Positions 12,534-27,021 are shown, counted from the stretch's first letter. The stretch: DNA of 64,000 nt from Nemertoderma westbladi (GCA_032718475.1 JAUCBJ010003467.1:1-64000), one strand, 5' to 3'. A program made the numbers and translations. The notes: generated from the sequence alone by a model not told the origin.

Positions 12534-14408
12534 TAACACAACATGACCATGAAAGCTGCACTCTATAAAGATTTAGCAGGTATCATATATGGTAATAATA
12601 ATAATGTCAAAGTTGGTGACAAAGTAATATGGAAACCCCGCAAACCAATAAATAAACATTAATGCTTGACTTAGGTAATCAATGACGGTGGACAACTACA
12701 GCACTTATAAAGGGCCCCACCAATTTAACATACCAAACAGTGCCAAAACCAACTATAATTAATGTACAATAGTAATAACTTGAAAGTCATATGCAAAGTA
12801 AAGGCGAGTTCTTTAACACATTAGTGATGGTCAGTTCATATGAGTATACATTATTACTCTTACGTGCACTACAACTTATGTAGAAAACGTTCACTACTCT
12901 GAGATATACTGTACAACTCTGGTACTAGCATTACATTTCGCATATGTGGAAAGGTCATGATGGCTCCTATAATCGCAAAATGTTTCATTATTATGTAAGT
13001 AATTATGGCCCTACTTGTACAGTATGAACCTCTGGACCACTGAATCGATTTGATGGAAGTCATCGAGGTTTTAATATTATTGTAGTTTATGATAAAGAAA
13101 GTTAATTGTGGAAAAAAAATTCGGGTTTGTTTGTGCTCTTTTCCATTGTACTGTAACGGAGACATATTTATAGAAAAAAGGTGAACATTACAAACAGTCC
13201 AAAATTACAACAACAAAAAAAAGTCACCGATTACTTAACTACCTTAAGAACTTTTATTCTTAAAAAGTTACTTTTTTGCTCGAATATACTGTACCTCAAA
13301 ATCGGGAGAAAAAGGAGTACTTTTCCCCAGGGAAAAAAAGTAATAAATTGCATTGATTATAAATTTTTTCCGGCGAAAATGTAAAATAAAATATTTTTGG
13401 TGGAAGTTCTTAAATTTTATTACATGTGTTGAAAGGGCATCGAAGTAGAAATTGTTTGCTCGTAATTTGAGCAAAATCCATGCACGCATTCAAAAGTTAT
13501 TGCAACTTTAGTGTCTGCAAGGTGAACTGCAAAACCGAACTCAATATCCAATATTGGTTTATGTTGTTAAGCGGCTCTTTAGTTACGTAATAATTATTCG
13601 AGAACACTAAATTATTTAACATTAAGTAAAGCAGCATCGGGAGTTGAAGAGTTCAATTTTATTGCAATCGCAATAAACTATATGGAAGCAATTAATATAG
13701 TAAAATACAGTAGGCCTACTGCAGTTCAATTTATTTCTGTAACACTACTGTATATTGCTATCTTTTATTAAAAGACCTGAGCAACAAAAAAAGTATCAAT
13801 TTAAGAATAAAATTACGCATTACATGGAAAAAACGCAGAACATTTTTTTTCAATATTCTATCGACCGTTTATTAATTATTGTTATAGGAACTCTGCAGTA
13901 TTTCCTAATAAATTGAATTGATTCGAAATATAGAAATCGGATTTATTTAAATTTATTGTATTTAAAAATTGACAGCACTTTCAATTTTTCAGATTGCATT
14001 TGTCACTTAAATTTGTTGTAAACAAATAATAAAGTTAATTTCAAAGGAACTAGCTCAGCTACCCCCACCACCATGTAAACTAGTCGGAACCGATTTTCTG
14101 GGGCTTTAGTTAACTTTTGTGATAAGTTAATGAACATATTTAATTTGTTTATTTGTAATGATTTGTCGTGTTTATAGCAAATGATGTCGAACACAACACA
14201 TACAAAAAACAGGCATATGTAAATTACTTATCAATTAATCAATTAAGTAGTTACAGTGCATCTGTCTCCCGAAATTTGAACTATTACATATAGGCTTACT
14301 CTGAATATTGAACTAAATATATTGACCCCAGATATACCATATTTACTTGTTTTCAAAATCACTAATATCGTAACCCTCATGCCTTAAAGATTGAACCCAT
14401 GTATACAG

Positions 14409-16305
14409 CTTGGTACACAAAACGTATACCTTGGTACACAAAACGTATACCTTGGTACACAAAACGTATACCTTGGTACACAAAACGTATACCTTGGTAC
14501 ACAAAACGTATACCTTGGTACACAAAACGTATACCTTGGTACACAAAACGTATACCTTGGTACACAAAACTTATACCTTGGAACACAAAACGTATACCTT
14601 GGTACACAAAATGTATACCTTGGTACACAAATTGTATACCTTGGTACACAAAACGTATACCTTGGTACACAAAACGTATACCTTGGTACACAAAATGTAT
14701 ACCTTGGTACACACAACGTATACCTTGGTACACAAAACGTATACCTTGGTACACAAAACGTATACCTTGGTACACAAAACGTATACCTTGGTACACAAAA
14801 CGTATACCTTGGTACACAAAACGTATACCTTGGTACACAAAACGTATACCTTGGTACACAAAACGTATACCTTGGTACACAAAACGTATACCTTGGTACA
14901 CAAAACGTATACCTTGGTACACAAAACGTATACCTTGGTACACAAAACGTATACCTTGGAACACAACACGTATACCTTGGAACACAAAACGTATACCTTG
15001 GTACACAAAACGTATACCTTGATACACAAAACGTATACCTTGGTACACAAAACGTATACCTTGGTACACAAAGCGTATACCTTGGTACACAAAACGTATA
15101 CCTTGGTACACAAAACGTATACCTTGGTACACAAAACGTATACCTTGGTACACAAAATGTATACCTTGGTACACAAAACGTATACCTTGGTACACAAAAC
15201 GTATACCTTTGTACACAAAACGTATACCTTGGTACACAAAACGTATACCTTGCTTGGTACACAAAATGTATACCTTGGTACACAAAATGTATACCTTGGT
15301 TCACAAAACGTATACCTTGGTACACAAAACGTATACCTTTGTACACAAAACGTATACCTTGGTACACAAAACGTATACCTTGCTTGGTACACAAAACGTA
15401 TACCTTGGTACACAAAACGTATACCTTGGTACACAAAACGTATACCTTGGTACACAAAACGTATACCTTGGTACACAACACGTATACCTTGGTACACAAA
15501 ACGTATACCTTGGTACACAAAACGTATACCTTGATACACAAAACGTATACCTTGCTTGGTACACAAAACGTATACCTTGGTACACAAAACGTATACCTTG
15601 ATACACAAAACGTATACCTTGATACACAAAACGTATACCTTGGTACACAAAACGTATACCTTGGTACACAAAACGTATACCTTGGTACACAAAACGTATA
15701 CCTTGGTACACAAAACGTATACCTTGGTACACAAAACGTATACCTTGGTACACAAAACGTATACCTTGATACACAAAACGTATACCTTGCTTGGTACACA
15801 AAACGTATACCTTGGTACACAAAACGTATACCTTGATACACAAAACGTATACCTTGCTTGGTACACAAAACGTATACCTTGGTACACAAAACGTATACCT
15901 TGATACACAAAACGTATACCTTGGTACACAAAACGTATACCTTGGTACACAAAACGTATACCTTGGTACACAAAACGTATACCTTGGTACACAAAACGTA
16001 TACCTTGGTACACAAAACGTATACCTTGGTACACAAAATGTATACCTTGGTACACAAAACGTATACCTTGGTACACAAAACGTATACCTTTGTACACAAA
16101 ACGTATACCTTGGTACACAAAACGTATACCTTGCTTGGTACACAAAATGTATACCTTGGTACACAAATTGTATACCTTGGTACACAAAACGTATACCTTG
16201 GTACACAAAACGTATACCTTGGTACACAAAATGTATACCTTGAAAATTTAACCAATGTATACCTTGGTACACAAAAATGTATACCTTGAACCCATGTATA
16301 CCTTG
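14409..16305. repeat. 21-bp minisatellite (~90 copies)
   Basis: Unit ttggtacacaaaacgtatacc, with occasional 4-bp ttgc insertions. Confidence 0.97.
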
Positions 16306-17604
16306 GATGTCTCTACTTTGGATAGCATTTAGCGTTACTTCGCCTATAAAACTTTTAGACTTGAATATATTTATATATTTTGGCCAGATCTGGAAAAGAC
16401 GATCTCAAAAAGACGATTACAATGGTATATATTATTATATAATATATTGGGGTTCGGCAAGAAATAAAAAAAATATTTTGCAACGCTTTGAGCCACGTTT
16501 ATTGACCAATGACCACCGGCATGTAATGAATTTCTAGTCAGGGTTAATATTAAAAAAAAGTTATATTGCATTTTTTCATTCCAGTTTATTTATACTATTG
16601 GAGGGATATATAAATCGGCTTCTTTCAAATTATTAACTATTTGTTTGATATTATAAGAACCACCAGTAAATAAAGGCAACGGAAACTTTGATAAAAACAA
16701 ATTGAAAAGTAATAATCCGGCATACATTGCATTATACCTTGCATGAGGGCCAGCTGGCATTATTAACGATTATCCTAAAAGTTACGGAATTCTACACCGG
16801 ATATCTTGACTTTATATGCAAAATTGAAAACTATCCACGAAACGGAGAGGGTAAATTTTATTCAACTTCCAGCGAACATTAATTTACATGATCATTTCCA
16901 ACTTAAATATGTATGAATGCTGTGAGTCACATGAAAATATGACACAGAATTTCATCATAAGATGGGAGTTTCTATGATGTACATGTTGCAGTATAAATGT
17001 ATCATGTAGAATTCGTTAAATTTCAGCGACAATATTTTTTTTATTATTACAAACATAGAGAGACGCAATGTATGTATATGTAATAATGTATTATGTACTG
17101 TATTTTTTTAATGGAATTCACACAAAATTATCAATGATGATAACTCAAAACTGTACTAGATACTCCCATGCAAGGTTCACAACATAAATACTGCATATCA
17201 AAGAAATCAACAGATTTGTAATAAATTGTAACATTGAGATCTACTGTACTACACAAAAATAATTTTCTTAGACATAAAAGTTTCGATATGTTGTTTTAGT
17301 TTAAAATCGTTGTGTAAGTCGCGGGTTTTGTATCCAAATTAACTTCGTACAAGAGGAGCTGCGCATAACATCAACTTTATACTCACTCAATCTATAGACA
17401 CGGGTTATTATTGAGTCTAAATACGATAAAGAAACAGATTACAGTTATAAAAACCACCACAAAAATTTACAATAATGAGAAACAAAATTACACAAACGCC
17501 CTTTTTCCTATTAGAAAAATAAAATTGAGACAAATTATATAAGTTACGAGGTTTCGAAAAATATCTTCAATAAATTATACCAGAATAAATATCAGTTACA
17601 TTAA

Positions 17605-17913
17605 CAGGGTTGGGTTGCCACTCTCTTTCAGTTTCAATTTTCCCATATATTTCCATTTCACTGTCTTTTTGAATAAAATTCCGACTGCAGGTAAAAAAAA
17701 CATTTCTATAGAATATAGTTGGCCTATATTGGCCGCTTTATTATACGCGAAGCGAGCAGAGAAAATTGTAGATTTTCGCTTATGAAAAATGTTCTGTATA
17801 TCAAATCCCCTGACTTTGCATGATTTGTCCATTTTTACTATAATTCTCTGACATTTCAAGAAAAAATGAAATTCCCTGACTATTCCAGGTTTTCCAGATG
17901 AGTGGCAACCCTG
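17605..17913. mobile_element. MITE just downstream of the MTHFD2-like stop codon
   Basis: Termini cagggtt(gggtt)gccactc and gagtggcaaccctg, flanked by attaa on both sides. Confidence 0.6.
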
Positions 17914-17976
17914 ATTAAACCTGTGGATGCCAGGCGGGGTGGCAAGACAAGCTTATAGACAAATAATTACGGAAGG

Positions 17977-18921
17977 TTAACTGGAGTAATTAATTTCCCT
18001 CTTGGCGGAGGTCAAGGTGTTCTTCATTAACATGGATACGGTCATGGGGCCAACCCCTCCTGGTACAGGCGATATCCACCCGGCTACAGGCGCCACCGTC
18101 TCCCAGTCTGCGTCCCCAACCAGTCTACCGTCGACCCTGGTGATCCCCACGTCGATGACCACGGCCCCCGGTTTCACCATGTCCCCTGTCAGTGTCCCCG
18201 GGTGTCCCACCGCCGACACCACGATGTCCGCCTGTCGTGTCGCCTCCCGTAGCTGCGTCGGCGTCGTCCGGGAATGACACACCGTTATTGTGGCGTCCCC
18301 GCGGTCCAACATGAGCAACGCGACAGGCAGACCCACATTCCTCGACCGACCAATCACGACAGCCTGGCGTCCAGACAAACCAATCCCCGTCCGTCGTATT
18401 AACTCCATGACGCCACAAGGCGTCGCCGGTAGCAACCCACGCTGTTTCCTTAGCAACCGTCCCAGATTAACGACGTGAAATCCATCAACGTCTTTAGACG
18501 GGTCTATTGCGTTGCAGATAACTTCCGGGTTGATGTGATCCGGTAACGGCAACTGAACTAAAATGCCGTCGACCTCGGAACTAACATTATATTCATGTAT
18601 AAGTTGTAGGAGCGTTTCTTGCCTGATAGACGAGTCCAGTTTTATTGTTTCACCGTCGATATTAGTTTTTATCGCGGCTATTGTTTTATTTTTGACGTAC
18701 GTGTGACTGGGTCCGTCGTCACCTACCAATATGGCCTTTAGGCTGGGTCTGCGGTTGCCCGCCTTCACCCAATCATCCACGTCTACCTTTACATTGGCTC
18801 GCACCTGCTTGGCGATGGCCTTGCCGTCGAGAATGTCGGCAATGGCTAATCGTGAGGAGGTATGGAACCCGGCTCCAAGCGATCCCCCAAGGCGCCACGT
18901 ACCAGCTGTAAATGATGCCAT
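17977..18921 (-). CDS. MTHFD2: Bifunctional methylenetetrahydrofolate dehydrogenase/cyclohydrolase, mitochondrial type, single coding exon
   Basis: FolD-family motifs SHTYVKNK, VDGILVQLPLP, KDVDGFH, LPATPCGV, GRSRNVG, IDVGI, PVPGGVGPMTV. The first ATG (18921) gives a transit-peptide-like N-terminus (MASFTAGTWRL...FHTSSRL). The ORF track start at 18969 is a TTG. Confidence 0.9.
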   Translation of the reverse strand: MASFTAGTWRLGGSLGAGFHTSSRLAIADILDGKAIAKQVRANVKVDVDDWVKAGNRRPSLKAILVGDDGPSHTYVKNKTIAAIKTNIDGETIKLDSSIRQETLLQLIHEYNVSSEVDGILVQLPLPDHINPEVICNAIDPSKDVDGFHVVNLGRLLRKQRGLLPATPCGVMELIRRTGIGLSGRQAVVIGRSRNVGLPVALLMLDRGDATITVCHSRTTPTQLREATRQADIVVSAVGHPGTLTGDMVKPGAVVIDVGITRVDGRLVGDADWETVAPVAGWISPVPGGVGPMTVSMLMKNTLTSAKREINYSS

Positions 18922-20479
18922 GGGCACGTGACACGACAGCAGACTGCAGACGGGCAGGATGGATGACAATTACTGCAGTACTGAATTATTATATTCGGCC
19001 TACAGTAAGCCTACTGCAGCTGTAGTGTATTATACATACAGCTTGACTGTGTGCCATCGCGCTGTGTGCCTATACTACTGTACTACACTTTTTCAACCTG
19101 AATAGCTACGCAATAGATATATTGGATAGGAATACCGCTGTTGCCCACCAACTCATAAAATAAATAACACGTTCTAGAATTTTATGTATTTATTCAGTAG
19201 AATAAATGGCCTACAGGGAACGATAATTCTTGCAATCTTTGAACGCCTATATCTCAGCTGTTTCTCAACGAAATTCAGATATTGTTACATATTTGGAATC
19301 CTTGCAATGCATGCTTTCCAATGATATGAAAAAATTACGACTAATGTGAAGAATGGCCACGATACGGAGGGTGCGATTTCGCAAAAGACACTTTTTAAAA
19401 ACGCTTATTAAAGAAATTTAAAGGCGAAATTGAAAATTCCGGCTTCATGGGGTCAACGACGGTGCGTGGAACTACTGTAGTTGTGTTTCAAATTTCAAGC
19501 AATATGATAAAGATTTGTAGAAAAATCTGGGGGGGGGGGTCCGTGTCATCAGAAAATGACACCAAATTACGGTTCAGGTTGTATATATAATATATATATA
19601 TATATGTATGAAGCAAAAGCATTTCCAGAATGAATAATTAAATAATTCCGGTATAAGCAACCCCCTATATAAAGTGAATGAAAATGCGTACAGACTTGCA
19701 AAATCTAAGTGTAAAGTGCTGTGTACAGTAAGTTTATTTGAAATCTATTTATTACATTATTATATTATTGCAGTAGTATTGTAGTATTGTAGATACAGCA
19801 TGGTGGCTGACCGGGAAGACCCATTACGTCTTCCACCCTTTAGTATAGTGTACTGTATTGTGTAATCGTATTGTAGTGCAATTGTATTTTATAATGTATT
19901 GTACAGTATTTTAGAATTTCCAGAATTGTTTATCTTTAGTGTTTTAAGTTAGTTGACGATCATTTTCGTATACCCATGCATAATGCATAAGTGTCAGTGA
20001 TGATACTTATGAAAGGGGGTTGCATGAAACAAAAAAAAAACATTATCGTTTTCATTGGAAAAATACAAAATGTTATCCGGAGAAACGCCAGTTGCATTAA
20101 ATGTAATAATTTTTTCAGTTTACAAATTCAGATATACAGTACTATTAGAGTAGGAGTCCCTCTAAGGCATTTATGCCAAACCTCCCACGACCAAAACTCC
20201 CTGGGTTGCTACATTTGAAGGCCGTTTTTCGGTGTGTATATATGATACGTACGTGGGCCATCGCGCAGGACGAGGCTCAGTTATCAGATACAGATTAAAA
20301 TTGAACAATTCTATCCCAAAATCGGTACTTAAAGAAATTTTAATAAATAAATAAGAAATTTATCCAAACCGCCAATAAGAATAAATCAAAGAAGAGAGGA
20401 AACTCCCCCCCCCCCCCCCTCGCTTCAACCGCCCACTTAATCTGCACCCCCCAATCCAAAGGAGCACAGAGGATAAATG

Positions 20480-21060
20480 AAAGGCAGGATAAAGCAAGCT
20501 GGCTTATTAGTTACACTAGTAGTGCCCTGCCTTATGTACTACAGATATAATTACGCGTTGCCAAGTAGTGGTGAGTTGATTGGAATTGGACTGGTTCCAA
20601 CTAATAGGCAATAGCTAGTATGGCAAGGAATGAGGGGGGTATAGAGTGGCGAGGGCATTTTGATACTTAATTACGTTTAGATCAATTAAAAAGACATTTC
20701 TTAAAGCAAATCACTTGAACTAATTAAAAACTATAATGGAATGGGGTATGTGGATTACAGCTGTATAACTTTTAAGTATAATTATTTATATCTTATACTC
20801 TAAAATAATTAATTTCCATTAAAAGACAGGCTGCAGCTGTTTTTACCCCAACCAACTTAATTAATTTTTAATTAATTTAATTTAATTAATTAACTGCTAT
20901 TATCTTAGCTTCTCGAAGGCCACTCGGAAATTCAACTTGGAAAATTTCCAAACTTTGGCCAGATGTGTACCAAGTTTGGATCGATTTCATCGATATTTGG
21001 CTGAGTGTTTAAAATTGAACACGACAGAACAGACACACCGATTGAGTTAGTGGTACCTGT
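20480..21060 (-). mobile_element. Helentron/DINE-like non-autonomous element, inverted copy
   Basis: Reverse complement matches ~43726-44285 (ggtaccactaactcaatcggtgtgtctgt, gtggccttcgagaagctaagataatagcag, etc.). Confidence 0.65.
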
Positions 21061-21111
21061 ATGCTACAGCAACAGTAGTATAAATCGATGAGGTTGCCAA
21101 GTTAACTGTAC

Positions 21112-22820
21112 TTATTTCATTTCATTCATTTAATAATCAAATAAGATTGATATGTAAAATATATATTATGCACAATATTAAGTAAAATAGGGTAGTACGT
21201 CCAGAGATAAAAAAGAACAACAATTATTACTAAAGATCACACAAGATAAATTCAGTGTATGGGCTGAAGATTTACAATAATTTAATTGCAAAGTTTGTAG
21301 GCAAAAGCACAAAAATACACAAAACAGCGTGTTAGTATTGGACAGCTATGTATTCCATAATGTGTTTTATTTTTGATTCAAGCGAAATAGATCGTAATGA
21401 AAAGCAAGAGCCAATGAATTGATCAGTAACTATGTTTGACACTGTGTGTTTTCCCATTTCGATTTGAGCGATAAGCCCAGGTGAGTCATACTTATAGGTG
21501 AGGATCGATTCCAGTCCTGGCAAGGAGAATGACTTCCGTGCGCCGACATAACTACTGGTAAGACCTCTGTAGTCCATTGGGTTACTACGGTTCTTTATCA
21601 TACAGAATCTGAAACCAAGTTGGAGAGGTGTGTTAGGACAGGACAAAGAACGGAAGATAGTGCTAACGGAACTGCGATACGCTTCAATGGATAGAGGTCT
21701 ACAGTGAGTCATTTGGTATAGTGTTGCATTACCATTATAAGAGCCAAGGTGCAGGAGACTCCTCAGAACTTTCCTATAGTAGCAATCTAACTTATCCACC
21801 TCAGAGGCGCTGAATGCTCCAATGTTAAACTTAAGGGAGTTGAGTAGTACTGGTAAAATCAGTGATCGCCATAGCTTGAAAATAACAACAGGCTCAAGCC
21901 ACTACGTCGTCCAACCATTGGTGTCAAAGCCAACCACTTGAGACATCATCGCAAGTGTTTGTACGGAATCAGATAATGTATGTGAGTTAGTCAATTTGTA
22001 TCCAAGTATGCTAAGGTGGTTGGAATTAGTGACCAAGGTACCAGCAATGTTAATAAAGCATGGTATGTGCTTTGGTTCGGTGAATCATACACCATTTCGT
22101 TTTACTAGACTCTATGTTTAGGTTGACCCTAGAAGCCTCAACTTTGATTATTTCCGACATTGCTTCAATGTCTGTAGGTGATGTCGCCAGTAATAAAAAG
22201 TCATCTGCATATGTAAAGGCGCCAAACCAAACCGAGTTTATTCTGCAGCCTAACTTAGAGTCCTTAAGTCCGTTGATAATGCCCTTTGTGTACAAGTTAA
22301 ACAGTGTTGGTGTTAATAAGGAACCCTGTTTCACACCATGCCGGACCCCGATTGGTGTAAGGTCGACGCGGTTTCCAAACTTAAGAAAGATCCAACTACA
22401 TTGGTAGTAAGCTAGAAGAGTCCGAACAACATAAGGGTTAATGACTTCCAATAGTTTGTCGGCCATTATAAAATGGTCCACTTCATCAAACGCTGACTTG
22501 AGATCGAGCTGACATACAAAAATATTAGAGTTGTTGGAGAGAAAATATTCAATACATTCTAACATCGTACCGATAACAATGTCTGTACCTATCACTTTTC
22601 TAAAAGCTGTCCGATGGTCATGGGTAAGAATCGGGCCCAAGTAGTGCACCAGGACGATACGTTCAAATACCTTAGCAAAAATGCTGATGGATGCTATAGG
22701 CCTGTCAGATGTTGGTTCCAGTTTGTCTTTCCCTTTCCCTTTAAAGAGTCTTGTAAGCAAAGAATGACCAAATAAAGATGGGACATTCTGATTCTGTAGT
22801 TAAAAGATTACCATCTGGAA
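21112..22820 (-). mobile_element. Decayed 5'-truncated non-LTR retrotransposon (RT; RTEX-like by motif impression)
   Basis: ORF 22050-22760 has DRPIASIS, DLKSAFD, GVKQGSLLTPTLFNLY and YADD. A downstream fragment lies at 21332-21799, and a (tgaa)-type tail near 21112-21130. Confidence 0.85.
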
Positions 22821-22841
22821 TTTCAGTGACATCACAGTGAC

Positions 22842-25837
22842 ATGACATTAGCTTTTAATCGTAGGGAAGATTTAGAGACTTGTGACGAAGTTTTACTGGT
22901 GGAACTTTTACTTCCTAAAACTAAACCTATTTTAATCGGTACTTTATATCGGCCCCCTAAACAATCAGATTTTTTGCAAAATTTTGAAAATACAATTTTA
23001 TGTAATCTTAGGTCAGACTGTGAAATATATTTCTTAGGTGATTTTAATATCTGTTACCATCACAAAGCATCCCCCATCTGTAAACAGTACCAAAGTATTT
23101 TAAATTTGTTTGGTTTAAAACAAATTATTCGAGATTCTACCAGAATTACCAGTAAAACTTCTACTTTACTAGATCACATCCTTTGTAATAATACCGATAT
23201 TATTTCTCAATCTGGGGTTTTACCTATAGGTCTAAGCGATCATTTTATAGTTTTTTGCACAAGAAAGACACAAAAATCTTTTTTCGGGGATCATAAAACA
23301 GTAACAGTTAGGTCTATGAAAAATTACAGCAAGGAACGCTTTTTAAGTTTGTTAGTTAATTCTGACTGGGAACCCTGTTTTAAGGCCGCTGACATTAACC
23401 TTGCGTACACTGTTTTTAAAGATATATTTTTAAAGGCACTTAATACTGTAGCACCAATTAAAGAAATTAGTCTTAAACAACGCACTGAGCCCTGGATGAC
23501 CTCGGGTATTCTTAGTAATATCAGAGAAAGAGATAACTATTTGTATAAATTTAGGAAATACCGTGTTTTAGCTGATTATAATAATTACTGCAAATATAGA
23601 AACCTTGTCCAACGGGAAATAAAAAAAGCTAAATCTGAATATTTGTACAACAAAATAAGAGAGAATAAAGATAATCCAAAAAGTCTATGGTCTACCCTAA
23701 AATCTTTAGGTTATAAAAACCTTAAATCTAAATCGAATATTGTTCTGCAAGATAACGGTGAGCTGATTCATGATCATACTCTAGTTAGTAATTTATTTAA
23801 TAATTATTTTACTAATGTTGCCTCTAATTTAGTTAAGAAATTACCGTTATCAAGTAATAAATATAGTATAGGGTCCGAAACTCTAAATAATTTTTATTTA
23901 GAAAAGTTACAAAATTCAGAAAAGTTATTTTTAAAACCCGTTTCTGAGGATTTCGTTTTTAAAAATCTACTTAGCCTATCAGCCTCAAAAAGTACCGGTC
24001 TAGATCTAATACCTGCCCGTTTTCTTAAGGATGGTGCTGTAGTACTTAAAGTGCCTATTACTTTTATTATTAATTACTCTATCGTAGATAATGTAGTACC
24101 AGACGAACTGAAATTAGCTAAGGTTGTTCCTCTGTATAAAAAGAATAGTAAAGTAGAACCCTGTAATTACAGACCTGTTAGTATCTTAAGTATTGTATCT
24201 AAAATTCTAGAACGTTCTGTTTTTCTACAGCTGGAGGCACATCTTAGTAGGCTAAATCTGATCTATGAACTTCAGTCCGGTTTTCGTAAATCATATTCTA
24301 CAGACACCTGCCTTATTAACTTAACTGATACAATTAGATGTAATAACGCAAAGGGTTTATATACTGGTATGGTAATGTTGGACCTACAAAAGGCTTTCGA
24401 TACTGTAGATCACGAAATTCTGCTTGGTAAGTTAGGCCTGATGGGTGTAGGTTCTATAGACTGGTTCAAGTCCTACCTGTCAGACAGAGGTCAAACTGTA
24501 GTCATTAGCAAATCGCTGTCTACTGTACAAGAGATTACCTGTGGTGTACCGCAAGGTAGTTTATTAGGTCCTCTGCTTTTTGTATGCTATGTAAATGATA
24601 TGATAAGTAGTATAGATCCCGATTTTAAACTCATTTTATATGCCGACGACAGTGCTCTTATTTTCTCTCATAAAGATCCTATCCATATTTCCCAAAAGTT
24701 AAGTGCAGTTCTAGAATCCTGTAATGAGTGGTTGGTTGATAATAAGCTATCCATTCACTACGGTAAGACTGAAAGTATTTTGTTTGGTTCCAAAAGAAAG
24801 TTAAAGAAGGTAACTAAGTTTGAAGTCACTAGTAATGGACATAAGATTGAAAATAAAAAGGAAGTTAAATATTTAGGCGCCACATTGGATAACTGCTTAA
24901 CAGGAGAAAGTACAGTGAAAAATATTTTCTCGAAAGTTAACAGTAGGCTTAGGTTTCTATACAGAAATAAAAATAGTTTAAACACCGACTCCCGCAAGTT
25001 ACTTTGCTCTTCTTTAATACAGTGTCACATGGACTATGCGTGCTCTTCTTGGTATGAAGGCTTAACCAAACAGCTTAAATGTAAATTACAAGTAGCTCAG
25101 AATAAAGTAGTACGATTTATTAAAGACTACAAACCTAGGCACCACCTAACTCCAGATGACTTTTCTGAATCTGGACTACTTAACTTAGATAGTAGAGTTA
25201 AGCAGCTACGCCTTAACCATGTGCATAAAGTGTATAATGGTAAATGTCCCAATTACCTAAAACAAAAATTCAACAGAGTACGCGATACACACTCTTACAG
25301 TACCAGAGCTAGTGCTTCAAACTTCTACCTCCCGAATTGTAAATCCTTTGAATCTGATACTTTCTTTTTTAACGGCATAAAAAATTGGAACGCTCTGCCT
25401 AATGAAATTAAAAACCTAGATAATCAACATTCTTTTAAATCTGCAGTTAAATCTCATCTCCGTGTGCAATGTAAAAATAGGTACAATAGTCCTACAGTAA
25501 GTTATTAGCTTATTAATTATTTACTATTTATGCTGTAAATACGTTTTATAATAAATTGTTCTGTACATTACATCTTTATCGTTGAGTCGGGCATTGTCAC
25601 GCTCTCGGTAAAGTTGTACATGTACATAGTGTAATTACGTTTTATATTGGTTTTAGGTTAGCGTAGTGTAATATTGTATTTGTAACCAAGTAACATAAAG
25701 GACCCCCTTGGAAATAAGCTGCAAAGCTTTAGGGGTAATCCTATATGTTATGTTGGACAATACCTTTATACCGGTACATTGTTTGGTGTATTTGTTATTG
25801 TTTTTACATAATGTATAAATAAATCTATCTATCTATC
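22842..25837 (+). mobile_element. CR1/L2-group LINE, 5'-truncated, with uninterrupted 888-aa endonuclease-RT ORF (22842-25508)
   Basis: APE motifs YRPP, GDFN, LDHI, SDH. RT motifs [40 protein letters not shown]. 3' UTR ends aataaa plus (tcta)n at ~25818-25837. Confidence 0.95.
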
Positions 25838-27021
25838 ACGAACCTTATTATTGGAGGGAAACAGCTGGACCTAAAGGCAATTCAAGGGTGACTCAAGGAA
25901 CTCTTAGTTAACCCATACTGTTTGTTTATGCCCTACCACTCTCTGGCAAAGTTGAATTTCTCCATAGACTAGCATTATTGTGTGTTTAATATTTCACACA
26001 GCTGATGGCCTTCACACTCGACGAGAAGATAATAATTTGTAATGTTTCCCATACCAGGTGAATGAACAGTGTGTTGAGTATCTAATAATAATTGTTTTAT
26101 TTAGAAAAGATAACAGAAATCCCCTACCCTACAATTAATACTCAAAATGCAAACATAGACATCAAATCTTATTAAAATAAAAATATACTTTTTCCATGTT
26201 TTTTTTCTGACCAAATATTAAAAAAAAAAAATTCGTAACCAGTACTGCCAATCGATTCCCTATTAAAAATAACGCAAACATTTTTTCAAAATTTTAAGTT
26301 TGCCTAATTTTTTGCGACTGCGGGATGTACATTTTTTTTGATCCGCTATAACTCCGGAACGCTTGGTCCAAATTTGATGGAGTTTTTATTTTTCAACTTA
26401 ATTTGATGTCCTCTTTCAGTCTATTCTATTCAGCTCACACTATTTCGAAAGCCCAAACAGCGCCGTTCAAAAATTAATTTTTTCTAGTTCTAGAATTTTA
26501 CCAATTTCAAAAAGTTGCAATATTTTCTCAACAACTTTACGGAATTCGATTGGGTTTTCGATTTTTATATTAAACGCAATATCCTGAATCTCACTACCTA
26601 GTTTCGAGTCACCACTGCCAAGACTTCGTACTTTTTGAGGAAATTTTTCTATAATAATTTGTATTTAATTACATTCATAGGGATTTCTTATTACTGGGTG
26701 CATATAAAAAATAAATAAAATAAAATATATAATAAAATAAAATATAATAAATAATATATAATAAAATAATACAATTTATTAACTAAACTCGATAATCGCG
26801 CATCGGACCAGCATGGTTTCGAAATTCCAAAACCAGGTCTTCACTTTTGCAGGTTGATTTTGTTCTAGAATTAAGCCACTAATAACACTGTATGGAATTT
26901 TCTTAGTAATTATTGTATGAAATATGATTGTATTTTTACATAATTACAGTAGATCTATACTTAATATAATTGCTGTAGAGCATGTTAACGATATTTTACG
27001 CTGACTAAATTAACTCGAAAG

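Noticed and set aside
14343-16289. Long ORFs in all six frames (up to 623 aa)
   Set aside because: Stop-free 21-bp unit; open on both strands with frame switching at indels.
18002-18931. Short overlapping ORFs within MTHFD2 (likewise within 53468-55489)
   Set aside because: Shadow frames of GC-rich real CDSs.
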